DNA from: Malacoraja senta
Lineage: Eukaryota
Assembly (NCBI GenBank): GCA_038087875.1
Contig: JAXLNO010000150.1
Location: forward strand, 1 to 38,321
DNA length: 38,321 nt
Direction of reading: 5' to 3'
Shown: piece by piece, positions 12,343-24,151 of the stretch
How the letters are laid out: every line of letters begins with the position of its first letter
Position numbering within the stretch: position 1 is the stretch's first letter
The notes under the pieces: model-generated
The model's database searches: none
Seen by the model: only the letters and a program-made list of their open reading frames with translations
Told to the model about the DNA's origin: nothing
Made by a program: the position numbers and the translations under genes

Positions 12343-12952
12343 GTATTGATGGTTTTTATCTGACATCAGTTATTGATATTTCTGACCCCAAACGTCCGTG
12401 CTGGTGGGGAAAGGGCAGGGGAGGGTGACTTGAGGAATATTGGCATCGAGGAGATGGAGGAGAGAGGCTGGGGTGTGGGGTGAGGAAATCTGGAGAGAGA
12501 GAGGAGAGGAGGGGGTCTGTAATGGACGGGAGGGTGTGTGGAGTGGGGAGGGGGGTCAGAAGGGCAGTATGGGGTTCGTGGGAGGAGGCTTGGAATTGGG
12601 GGATGGAGGGTGGTTGGGAAAAGGTGAGGAGGATGTCTGGAGTGAGCGGAGGCTGATGTTGGGGAGGGGGAGGGGGAGGTCTGGAGTGAGGGGAGGTGGG
12701 AGTGGGTGAGTGGGGAGGGGGAGGTCTGGAAGGTTGGTGCTAGGGAGTGTGGAGGGGGTAGAGGGAAGTCTGGTATTGGGGTGGAGGTGGCAAGAGGGAG
12801 TCTGGGGAGATGGGCCAGGAATCCATTGGCGGGAGCGGACCCCAGGGGAGGGTGGATATGGGACAGTGTGGAGAGGGGAGGAGGGCAAGTAGAAATGTGA
12901 GTATAGTGGGAGAGAAGGGCAGGTATAGCACGGGAACAGGCCCTTCATCCTT

Positions 12953-13046
12953 ACAGAACGTAAAATTTGGATTAAAGTAATCCTAAGAAGCAAGTTTTTA
13001 TGTAAAATAAACGGCTTACCTTTATTTGTCCCGTATGGGAGATCCG
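12953..13046 (+). mobile_element. Internal remnant of the non-autonomous TIR element
   Basis: cgtaaaatttggattaaagtaatcctaagaagcaag...gggagatccg matches 34070-34156. Confidence 0.85.
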
Positions 13047-13138
13047 GTGTCGGCCGTGGACTTCCCTCTGCTCCCATCCCGCAGAGCTGCTGGATTCTTT
13101 CCACACTACACCCACTGTCTGTCCACACTTTATTACAG

Positions 13139-13357
13139 ATCCAGCCTCCGTACCAACTGGGGAACCCCAGGAAACAACAGATGAACCCCAGGAAACAGCA
13201 GCTGAACCCCAGGAAACAACATCTGAACCCCAGGAAACAACAGCTGAACCCCAGGAAACAACATCCGAACCCCAGGAAACAACAGCTGAACCCCAGGAAA
13301 CAACAGCTGATCCCCGGAAGGATGTGTCCACCATCCCAGAACCAGATACAACCTCAG
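13139..13357 (+). CDS. Exon A3, 219 nt, phase 1-1, 7 EPQETTA-type units
   Basis: Same splice sites as A2; 72-nt constant flanks plus 7x21 nt; open frame. Confidence 0.8.
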
Positions 13358-13892
13358 GTATTGACGGTTTTTATCTGACATCAGGTATTGATATTTCTGA
13401 CCCCAAATGTCCGTGCTGGCGGGGAAAGGGCAGGGGAGGGTGACTTGAGGAACATTGGCATGAAGGAGAGGGAGGAGAGAGGCTGGGGTGTGGCGTGAGG
13501 AAATCTGGAGAGAGAGAGGGGAGGAGGGGGTCTGTAATGAACGGGAGGGTGTGTGGAATGGGGAGGGGGATCTGAAGGGGAGTAGGGGGTTTGTGGGAGG
13601 AGGCTTGGAATTGGGGAATGGAGGGAGGTTGGGAAAAGGCGAGGCGGATTTCTCGAGTGAGCGGAGGCTGATGTTGGGGAGTGGGGAGGGGGAGGTCTGG
13701 AAGGGTGTTGCTGGGGAGTGTGGAGGGGGAGAGGGAGGTCTGGTATTGGGGTGGAGGTGGCAGGAGGGAGTCTGGGGAGATGGGCCAGGATTCCATTGGT
13801 GGGAGCGGACCCCAGGGGAGGGTGGATATGGGACAGTGTGGAGAGGGGAGGAGGGCAAGTAGAAATGTGAGTATAGTGGGAGAGAAGGGCAG

Positions 13893-14187
13893 GTATAGCA
13901 CGGGAACAGGCCCTTCATCCTTCGACCCTGATTCCACGCTGACCAATGATGCCCGTACACTTGCACTATCCTGTACATTGGGGACAATTACAATTGATAC
14001 CAAAGCCAATTTACCAACAAACCTGTACATCTTTGGAGTGTGAGAGGACACCAGAGCACCCAGGGAAAACCCACGCTGTTACATGGAGAACGTGCAAACT
14101 CCACACAGACAGCAGCCGTAGTCAGGATCTAACTCGGGTCTCTGGCGCAGTGAGGCAGCAACTCCACCGCTGCCCCTTGTGCTGCCC
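13893..14187 (-). mobile_element. V-SINE (HE1-like), unit-2 paralogue
   Basis: Paralogue of 1216-1512. 3'-only remnants of the same SINE lie at 1-123, 12923-12952, ~33270-33384 and ~37145-37258. Confidence 0.85.
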
Positions 14188-14610
14188 TAAGGAGTGAATG
14201 GGTGACTGGAGATTGCAGGAGGAGGGGGAAAGTCAGTGGAGGGCTTGTGGAGAATGTATTTTGGTGACTGACTGACACTCGGGGGCGGGGGCTGAATGGT
14301 CAAGCGAGTGAGCGTGTGAGCAGATTTGGTGAGGGGTGTCAGAGAGTCGGGAAAAGGATGGATTTAGTCAGGATCCAGGGATAGAGCTCTGTAGGAGAGT
14401 CGAGGAGGAACAAGGAAGCGTGGTGTGGAGCATGTTGGAGGAGTGTGTAATGTTCCAGGTGAGATGTGGGACCTGTGAGATTTGGTGTGTGTTGCTGTCA
14501 GCATGGACTGGTGACTCTTGGTCTCTGCAGCCGACTTCCCTCCTGATCAGCTGTTCAATGTGTTTTTACTCTTTTACCCTCCATGTCCCTCCTCCTCTCT
14601 CTTCTTCCAG

Positions 14611-14706
14611 ATCCACCGTTGGACACAACTCTGGAACCCCAGGCCGCAGGGACTGGAGACTCTGGTCCGGGTATAACTCGTGACCCAGCAGGGTCTGCAA
14701 GCTCAG
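14611..14706 (+). CDS. Exon B2, 96 nt, phase 1-1: (D)PPLDTTLEPQAAGTGDSGPGITRDPAGSASS
   Basis: Long pyrimidine tract, cttcttccag|ATCC acceptor, GCTCAG|gtatca donor; open frame. Confidence 0.8.
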
Positions 14707-14740
14707 GTATCAGTGGTGGGGAGCATGGAACATAGAAAAA

Positions 14741-15008
14741 GGCAGCATGGTGGTGCAGCGGTAGAGTTGCTGGCTTACAGTGCCAGAGACCCGGGTTTGA
14801 TCCTGACTATGGGTGCTGTCTGTACGGAGTTTGTACGTTCTCCCCGTGACCAGGTTTGTAGGTTAATTGGCTTGGTATCATTGTAAATTGTCCCTGGTGT
14901 GTAGTATAGTGTGTAGTTTAGTGTTAGTGTGTGGGGATCGTTGGTCAGTGCAGACTGGGTGGGCTGAAGGGTCCAGTTTCCACGCTGTATCTCCAAACTA
15001 AACTAAAC
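14741..15008 (+). mobile_element. V-SINE, unit-2 paralogue of 2061-2330
   Basis: Near-identical sequence with the same internal deletion. Confidence 0.85.
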
Positions 15009-16482
15009 AGGACATTACAGGAACAGGCCCATCACCCCACAAAGTCCGTGCTGAACATGATGCCAATTTAAACCTCTGCCTGCACGTGATCCATATCCCT
15101 ACATTTCCTGCATACAAACATGCCTCACCAAAATACGTAATATCCACTATCGTATCAGCCTCCACCACCACTTCTGGCAGCACATTCCAGGCCCCCACCA
15201 CTGTGTAAAAGACTTGCCCCCCACATCTGTTAAACTTTGCACCTTGCATCTTAAAGCTGTGCCTTCTAATCTTTGACATTTCCACCCTGGGGGGAAGTTC
15301 TAAATGGCTACCCCATCATTGCTTCATAATTTTATATACTTCTGTCTGATCTATAATTAGCCTCGACAACCCAGAGAAAACATCTCCTGAATATCTCCGC
15401 ACAGTCCGCCAAGGCCAACGAGATCTCCCGGTTGCTAAACACTTTAACTCCTCCTCCCATTTCCATACTGACCTTTCTGTCCTGGGCCTCCTCCACTGTC
15501 AGAGTGAGGCCCAACACAAATTGGAGAAACAGCACCACAAATTTCGTTCGGGCAGCTTACAACCCAGTGGTTTGATAATAGGTTTCTCTAACTTCTAATA
15601 ATCCTTGGTTTTCCTCTCTCTCCGTCCATCCCCCACCCTCGTTCTCTGACTCATTTCACTGTCCTCCTGATTAATTTTACTGATATTATGCCTTGTTGTC
15701 ACCTTCCCTCCCCCTCCCCAGCTAACAGTGAACCATTCAACATTTGCTTGACCATTCCTTCTCTCCAGAGATGCTGCCTGTCTCACTGATTTACTCCAGC
15801 ATTTTGTGTCTACCTTTGCTTGTCATAGTCTGCTTTGATCTGTTGTTACCACACCTTACCCATCCATATCTCTAGTCTCCCTCTTCCCTGACTCTCAGTC
15901 TGAAGAAGGGTCTCAACCCAAAACGTCACCCATTCCTTCTCTCCAGAGATGTTGCCTGTCTCACTGAGTTACTCCTGCTTTTTGTGTCCATCTCCAGAGA
16001 AAACAATCCAGGGTAGTCCAATGTCTCCTTAAAGCTAATGCCCTCTAATCCAGGCAGCATTCTGGTAAACTCCTTCTGCTCCTTGTCCAAAGCCTCCACA
16101 TCACTCCTGTAATGGTGCAACCAGAACGGCTATAACAATACTCCAAATGCAGCCCAACCAAAGTCCTATGTAACTGCAACATAACTTCCTGACTTCCCGA
16201 CCTATTCAGAACTTTGTGTCCACTTTCTCTGGCTGCTCGTTCCATACACCCACCACACTCTGAATGAAAATAGTTGCCCCACTGGTTCCTGTTAAATCTA
16301 TCCCCTCTCATCTTAAACTTATGTCCAACACAGAGTGTCCATTATGTTACTACAACTTTGTGACACTTTGTATTTTGTTTTTGTAAACGACCATATTTAT
16401 ATATATATGCAAAGTGTTGGAGTAACAGTGGATGATGCAGAATCTCTGGAGAAAATGGATAGTTCATGGGCTCCAGAGATAC

Positions 16483-16766
16483 CCCACCCAAGGTTTCCGT
16501 GAGGTTCCCGGAGGTTTTTGTCACTCTCCCTAATGATCGAAAGTGGTTTCCGCGTAGTCGAGTTTCTTCTATGTTCTGGCGATTATTTCAAAAAATTCAA
16601 AACCGGCCTCGACTAAAAATAGGTTGCCGTTTTAAAAACGGTAATTTTTTAGTCGAAGCCGGTTGCGATGCTAGTCTTACCTTTCACTACCTGCAACCTC
16701 CGGTAACCACCTTCAACTAGCGTCTCCAGAGGTTTCCGTTCAGGTTTCCTAAGTGGGACAGGGGCA
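16483..16766. mobile_element. One-ended PIF/Harbinger-like MITE remnant
   Basis: Absent from unit 1. Ends aagtgggacaggggca|taa (TAA target; reverse complement tgcccctgtcccactt). Contains an internal imperfect palindrome at 16601-16664. The superfamily call is an inference. Confidence 0.6.
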
Positions 16767-17530
16767 TAACTCTCAGTCTGAAGCAGGGCCTCGACCCAAA
16801 TTGTCATCCATTCCTTCGCTCCAGAGATGCTGCCTGCCGCACTGAGTTACTCCTGCTTTTTGCGTCTTTCTCCAGAGAATCTGCCTGGATTAGAGCGCAT
16901 TAGCTTTAAGGAGAGATTGGACAACCCTGGATTGTTTTCTCCAGAGATGGACATTAAAAGCTGGAGTAACTCAACGGGTCAGACAACATCTTTGGAGAAA
17001 GAATGGGTGACGTTCCGGGTCGGGACACTTCTTCCGACTGAAGAGGTGTAGCGACCCGAAATGACACCCATCCTTTTTCTCCACAGATGCTGTCTGACCC
17101 GCTAGGTTCTTTGTGTCTATGTTTGGTATAAACCAGCATCTGCAGACTTTGTTTCTACATTTTTCAGAGAAGATAGTGGAGGCAGGTATAATAACAACAT
17201 TTACAAGGACGGGAAAGGTTTAGAGGAATTTGGGCCAATATGTGGGCAAATGGAACTAGCTGAGATGTGGCGGCATGGATGAGTTGGGCTGAAGGGCCTG
17301 TTTCCATGCTCTATAATCTGAGACTGTGGCCAGTCCCTGAAATTCCCCCAGACTCGGACTGAGGGGAGTGACGTGGAGTGACAGACATTTCAGAAGGAGA
17401 GTGGGTGAATGGAGACTGGATAATGCTGCTCTCTCCACAGAGCCAGTCCCCCAATTCCCAAACTCCACTGACTGTCTGATGACCTGTTGTAGTGTTGCCA
17501 CACTCCCGTGTCTCTGTTCCTTTATTCCAG

Positions 17531-17626
17531 ATCCCCAGATGTCCACAGTGGAACAGACCCAGGGATCATCGACTGGAGAATCCGTCCAGGAATCGGCTTC
17601 TGTCCCAGTGGGAGACACATCCTCAG
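17531..17626 (+). CDS. Exon C2, 96 nt, phase 1-1
   Basis: tttattccag|ATCC ... CCTCAG|gtacca; differs from C1 at three positions, all synonymous. Confidence 0.8.
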
Positions 17627-18795
17627 GTACCAAACCCTCTCACACATTTTCACTTGTCCTCATTGACCCTGTCATGGGGCCATAGAGTGATACAGTGTGG
17701 AAACAACTCGCCCACCGGCCAATATGTTCCAGCCACACTAGTCCCACGTGCCAGCATTTGGTCCTTATCCCTCCAAACCTGTCCAATCCATATACCTATC
17801 TAACTGTTTCTTAAATGTTGGGATGGTCCCTGCCACAACTTCCTCCTCTGGCAGCTAGTTCCATACATCCACCATCCATTGTGAGAAACAGTTACCTCTC
17901 AGATTCCCATTAAATCTGTTCCCCTTCACCTTGAACCTTGTCCTCTGGTCCTCAATTCACCTACTTTGGGCAAGAGACTGCATCTACCCGATCAATTCCT
18001 CCCATGATCTCGTACACCTCTAGAAGATCACCCCTCATCCTCCTGTGCTCCAAAGAATAAAGTTCTCTAGCCCTGGCAACATCCTTGTAAATATTCTCTC
18101 TACATTTTCCAGCTTGACAACATCTTTCCTATAACACGGTATCCAGAACTGAACACAATACTCTAATTGTGTCCTCACCAACGTCGTAAACAACTGCAAC
18201 GTGACCTCCCAACTTATATACTCGATACTCTGGCTGATAAAGGCCAATGTGCTAAAAGCCTTTTTGACCACCCGATTTACCTGTAACTCCACCTTCAGGG
18301 AACTATACACCTACACTCTTAGATCCCATTGCTCCACAACACTCCCGAGAGCACTACCATTCACTGTGTAGGCTCTGCTCATATTATAGCAATGTTACAA
18401 AATTTTTAGATTTTAAAAATCTAGTCTGCAATTTATCCTATCAAATAAAGCATAAAAATAAGTTTAATATGACACCTAATTCACTTTCATATCTTCAGTA
18501 TTAAAAAAGTTATGGCCATTTTCATACTCGGAAATTAGCATCTTTCCATTGACTTAACACAAAAGCTGTGATCAAGGACAGTCAAAAGCCCATAACTTTC
18601 TTAAAAATTAAGAGAACTGAATGAAATTTTCAGTTATTATAGATTGAAGCATTCTGAAACAAATATGAAACAATGTTACTTGGATGACCTGAAATTAAAG
18701 CATTTAATTAGTTAGTTACCTAATTACAAAATTCAATTACTAGATCTAAACATCTATCAATTTCTTAAGAAAAGGTTAACATTTCTAAAAAGCTT

Positions 18796-21700
18796 TGTTT
18801 AAGCCCTCATGGTTGGACAAAGGTTTCACACAATGGAAAAACTATGGAATTAAAAAGATGGGACAACTTTATAAGGAAGGCACTTTTCTTTCATTTCAGG
18901 AGTTGCAACAGACTTATGGACTTCAAGTAAATGATTTTTTCAGATATCTTCAACTTAGAGATTACGTAAAAGCAAATACTCGAAATTTTAGAATTAGAAA
19001 TTCAGAAATTTTTGACGACTGTTGAAATAAACATCCTAATACAGAAAAACTAATATCTTATATATATAATATTTTATTAGACAGTGATATTCCATTGACG
19101 GACTTACACAGACAAACATGGGAAAAATAACTAAATCAAATAATAACAAAAGATACTTGGGAAGAAAATTTACAACACATACATCAATGTTCATTAAATG
19201 CCAGACATTCTCTAATACAATTCGATCAGTGAAACATGGTTGCAGGAGGGCTGTGATTGGAAACTAAATATTCCAGGATTTCGTTGCTTCAGGTGTGATA
19301 GAATTAGAGGGGCAAGAGGTGGAGGTGTTGCATTGCTTATCAGGGAAGATATTACAGCAGTGCTTTGGCAGGATAGATTAGAGGGCTCTTCTAGGGAGGC
19401 TATTTGGGAGGAACTGAGAAATGGGAAAGGGGTAGCAACACTCATAGGGGTGTATTATAGACCGCCAAATGGGGAGCGAGAATTGGAGGAGCAAATATGT
19501 AAGGAGATTGCAGATATTAGTAGTAAGCACAAGGTAGTGATTGTGGGAGATTTCAATTTTCCACACATAGACTGGGAAACACATTCTGTAAATGGGCTGG
19601 ATGGGTTGGAGTTTGTAAAATGTGTGCAGGATAGTTTTTGTACCTACTAGAGAAGGGGCGGTGCTGGTCCTCCTGTTAGGAAATGAGATGGGTCAGGTGG
19701 CAGAGGTATGCGTTGGGGAACAGTTCGGGACCAGTGATCACAATACCATTAGTTTCAATATAATTATGGAGAGGGTCAGAACTGGACCTAGGGTTGAGAT
19801 TTTTGATTGGAGAAAGGCTAACTTTGAGGAGATGCGAAAGGATTTAAAAGGAGTAAATTGGGACAGTTTGTTTTATGGGAAAGATGTGGAAGAGAAATGG
19901 AGGACATTTAAAGGTGACATTTTAAGAGTACAGAATCTTTATGTCCCCGTTCGGTTGAATGGAAATAGTAAAAATCGGAAAGAGCCATGGTTTTCAAGGG
20001 AAATTGGACACTTAATTCGGAAAAAGAGAGAGATCTACAATAATTATAGGCAGCATGGAGTAAATGAGGTGCTTGAGGAGTATAAAAAATGTAAAAAGTG
20101 TCTTAAGAAAGAAATTAGAAAAGCTAAAAGAAAATATGAGGTTGCTTTGGCAAGTAAGGTGAAAGTAAATCCAAAGGGTTTCTACAGCTATATTAATAGC
20201 AAAAGGATAACGAGGGATAAAATTGGTCCATTAGAGAGTCAGAGTGGACAGCTATCTGCAGAGCCAAAAGAGATGGGGGAGATATTGAACAATTTCTTTT
20301 CTTCGGTATTCACCAAGGAGAAGGATATTGAATTATGTGAGGTAAGGGAAACAAGTAGAGTAGCTATGGAAACTATGAGATTCAAAGAAGAGGAAGTACT
20401 GACACTTTTGAGAAATATAAAAGTGGATAAGTCTCCAGGTCCGGACAGGATATTCCCTAGGACATTGAGGGAAGTTAGTGTAGAAATAGCAGGGGCTATG
20501 ACAGAAATATTTTAAATGTCATTGGAAACGGCAATAGTGCCGGAGGATTGGCGTACTGCGCATGTTGTTCCATTGTTTAAAAAGGGGTCTAAGAGTAAAC
20601 CTAGCAATTATAGACCTGTTAGTTTGACTTCAGTGGTGGGCAAATTAATGGAAAGGATACTTAGAGATAATATATATAAGCATCTGGATAAACAGGGGCT
20701 GATTAGGAACAGTCAACATGGATTTGTGCCTGGAAGGTCATGTTTGACTAATCTTCTTGAATTTTTTGAAGAGGTTACTCGGGAAATTGATGAGGGTAAA
20801 GCCGTGGATGTTGTATATATGGACTTCAGTAAGGCCTTTGACAAGGTTCCTCATGGAAGGTTGGTTAAGAAGGTTCAATGGTTGGGTATTAATGGTGGAG
20901 TAGCAAGATGGATTCAACAGTGGCTGAATGGGAGATGCCAGAGAGTAATGGTGGATGGTTGTTTGTCAGGTTGGAGGCCAGTGACTAGTGGGATGTCACA
21001 GGGATCTGTGTTGGGTCCACTGTTGTTTGTCATGTACATCAATGATCTGGATGATGGTGTGGTAAATTGGATTAGTAAGTATGCAGATGATACTAAGATA
21101 GGTGGGGCTGTGGATAATAAAGTAGATTTTCAAAGTCTACAGAGAGATTTATGCCGGTTGGAAGAGTGGGCTGAAAGATGGCAGATGGAGTTTAATGCTG
21201 ATAAGTGTGAGGTGCTACATCTTGGCAGGACAAATCAAAATAGGACGTACATGGTAAATGGTAGGGAATTGAAGAATGCAGGTGAACAGAGGGATCTTGG
21301 AATAACTGTGCACAGTTCCCTGAAAGTGGAATCTCATGTAGATAGGGTGGTAAAGAAAGCTTTTGGTGTGCTGGCTTTTATAAATCAGAGCATTGAGTAT
21401 AGAAGTTGGGATGTAATGTTAAAATTGTACAAGGGATTGGTGAGGCCAATTCTGGAGTATGGTGTACAATTTTGGTCGCCTAATTATAGGAAGGATGTCA
21501 ACAAAATAGAGAGAGTACAGAGGAGATTTACCAGAATGTTGCCTGGGTTTCAGCAACTAAGTTACAGAGAAAGGTTGAACAAGTTAGGGCTTTATTCTTT
21601 GGAGCACAGAAGGTTAAGGGGGGACTTGATAGAGGTCTTTAAAATGATGAGAGGGATAGACAGAGTTGATGTGGATAAGCTTTTCCCACTGAGAGTAGGG

Positions 21701-22850
21701 AAGATTCAAACAAGGGGACATGACTTGAGAATTAAGGGACAGAAGTTTAGGGGTAACATGAGGGGGAACTTCTTTACTCAGAGAGTGGTGGCTGTGTGGA
21801 ATGAGCTTCCAGTGAAGGTGGTGGAGGCAGGTTCGTTTTTATCATTTAAAAATAAATTGGATAGTTATATGGACGGGAAAGGAATGGAGGGTTATGGTCT
21901 GAGCGCAGGTATATGGGACTAGGGGAGAATACGTGTTCAGCACGGACTAGAAGGGTCGAGATGGCCTGTTTCCGTGCTTTAATTGTTATATGGTTATATG
22001 GTTATATGGTTAATTCAAAGTAATACATAGGTTACATTATTCTAAAACAAAATTAAATAAAATCTTCCCACATATCTCACCAATATGTGATAAATGTCAA
22101 CATTTAGAAGCTAACTTATCTCATATGTTTGCAAATTGCATAAAAAATTAAAAATTTCTGGGTAAATATTTTCACAATAATATCTAAAGTGACTAGCATT
22201 CAATTGGACCCGGATCCAAAATTAATAATACTAGGAACATTAGAACTAAATCATACATTTACAACAACTCAAAGAAACTTTATTGATTATAGTATAATAA
22301 CTGGGAAAAAATTAATTCTAAAATTTTGGAAAGGCCCTATAACCCCCACAATCAAAATGTGGATTATAGAAATGACGGAGACCTTACACTTGGAAAGAAT
22401 TAGACTTGTCCTGTTGGACAAACAGGAACTATTCGTCGGAACATGGTCTCCCTTTATTGACTATTTAAAGGGTCAGAATGGTTCAGCACGAGAACCTGAC
22501 TAACACCCGAGCCAAGGAATAAATGAAATGTTATACTCTGAAATGTACGAATATATCTCGAATTAAGTTTTTTATCATAGTAAGTTATTCCATTCTTCTT
22601 TATTATCTCTTTCATTTTTTTTGTTTTTTGTTTTTTTTGTTTTTGTTTTTTTTGTTTCTTCTCTTTTTTCTCTTTCTTTCCTTATTTCATCTATCTTTTT
22701 AGTTCTATTTAGTTTAAATTTTATTTTTTTAAGTATTGGAGACATTGTAATAATATTGGACGATATTAGTAATTTAAAAATGTAAGACTGGTATCGATTT
22801 TAATATGATATGTATTTACCTCCAATAAAAAATAATTTCTAAAAAATAAA
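18796..22850 (+). mobile_element. 5'-truncated L1-clade LINE (ORF2 C-terminus plus 3' UTR), split by CR1
   Basis: ARHSLIQF|KVIHRLHYSK is continuous across the CR1 insertion; CCHC motif CDKC..H...C; T-rich 3' UTR, AATAAA and A-tail; TSD taaaaagctt at 18786-18795 and 22851-22860. Confidence 0.9.
19224..22011 (+). mobile_element. Young CR1-clade LINE, most of ORF2 (APE endonuclease plus RT)
   Basis: ORFs 19240-19650, 19622-20515 and 20516-21922 (one frameshift, one TAA); motifs GDFN, SDH, DFSKAFDKV, YADD; (GTTATATG)n tail; possible TSD aattc. Confidence 0.95.
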
Positions 22851-23048
22851 TAAAAAGCTTAAGTGTCCAAATAACATTCACACAAGAATTCACAATATAA
22901 CATGATTTTTAAATCTCATTGTCATGAATTTATAGGCCAAATGGAAGGAATTTAGTGTTTAATTCCTGTAAATTAATGGCCATTTAAATCACCTTGCGAG
23001 TGGGATTTTGTGGAACGCGCTGGTTTGGAACGTTGCTTTTGCACTGAA

Positions 23049-23109
23049 TTTTACTTCGGAGTCACGTGAGTGACTACGTGAAGAACCCCGCCAGTGCGCC
23101 TGCGCGTCA
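23049..23109 (+). repeat. DIRS left ITR
   Basis: 23075-23109 (tacgtgaagaaccccgccagtgcgcctgcgcgtca) is the exact reverse complement of 30843-30877. Confidence 0.93.
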
Positions 23110-24151
23110 TTACGTCAGACGCCTTGACGCAAACGGACGTGAGGAGCAGTGCTCCTCGAGTGGTTTGTAGTTTTTCAACTACAAGGTAAGTAAAAACTTT
23201 TTTACAGGTTTTCCAGGTCCGTTTACTGTGGGTCTATGGCGATTTCTTCCACAGACGCCATGGGAAAAAACGGACAGGGGGAAGAGGCGAGCGACATAGC
23301 CGACAGAAGTCGGGAAAGTCGGGAGTCCGCGGTTAGAGACCAACCGCCTCTAAACCCCGGTACAGTCGCCAGCGGTGAGCATAGCGACTGTGGACCTGGG
23401 GCTGGTGAAAACACAGTCAGCGCCTGTCGGGCAAAAGACAAAGTTTAAATCCCAACGGAGGGAGTCCCAGGCAATGAAGAAGCTCCAGGGCTAGATACTG
23501 CTTTAGAGCGTATTGCCCAAATAGAAAGCCTTTTACACAGGCTGTTGGAGCAAAGTTCACTCAGGGAGGAGTGTTCTGAAAGCCAAGCTGCTGGAAACAG
23601 CTCAAACAGCTCCTGGTACAGGGCTAGATACTGCTTTCGAGCGTATTGCCCAAATAGAAGCCTTTTTCATAGGTTGTTGGAGCAAAGGTTCACTCAGGAA
23701 GGAGTGTACTGTAATCCAAGCTGCAGGAGCAGCTTAACAGCACCTGGCTCAGGGCTGATGGAATGCACCCTCAGGAATGAGGAGCGTGCTACGGGTCATG
23801 AGATTTCAGACCCCGACTCTGACGGTGAGGCTGTACAAGGCGATGAAAGGCAGCTGCCAGATGTTCCACCCCTGGTAGTAGGATTCGCTGCCCCGTCAGG
23901 GTCAGGAGAGCCATTAGGAAGAACTGGCCTCCTTAATAAATTACTTGGTTTACCATTAGCTGGAACAGCATGAAATGGATGAGACTGCAAGAGTATCTGG
24001 AATCAGTTGCAGAGAATATTAAAGCTGCTGGGTTCTGGAATAACTGCTTTTACCAGAATAGCAGGTAACAACCAAAAGATGACGAAGTTGCATCAGCAAG
24101 CACTGGGGTTGCTATGCAGCACCCACTTCGAGAAGTGCTATACGGTCTACT

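Noticed and set aside
12190..14706. Naming the host gene (e.g. a known sialomucin or proteoglycan)
   Set aside because: Only low-complexity repeat exons are visible; compositional similarity is not evidence of orthology.
19240..21922. Active autonomous CR1
   Set aside because: It lacks ORF1 and the start of ORF2, and has a frameshift near 19640 and a TAA at 20513-20515.
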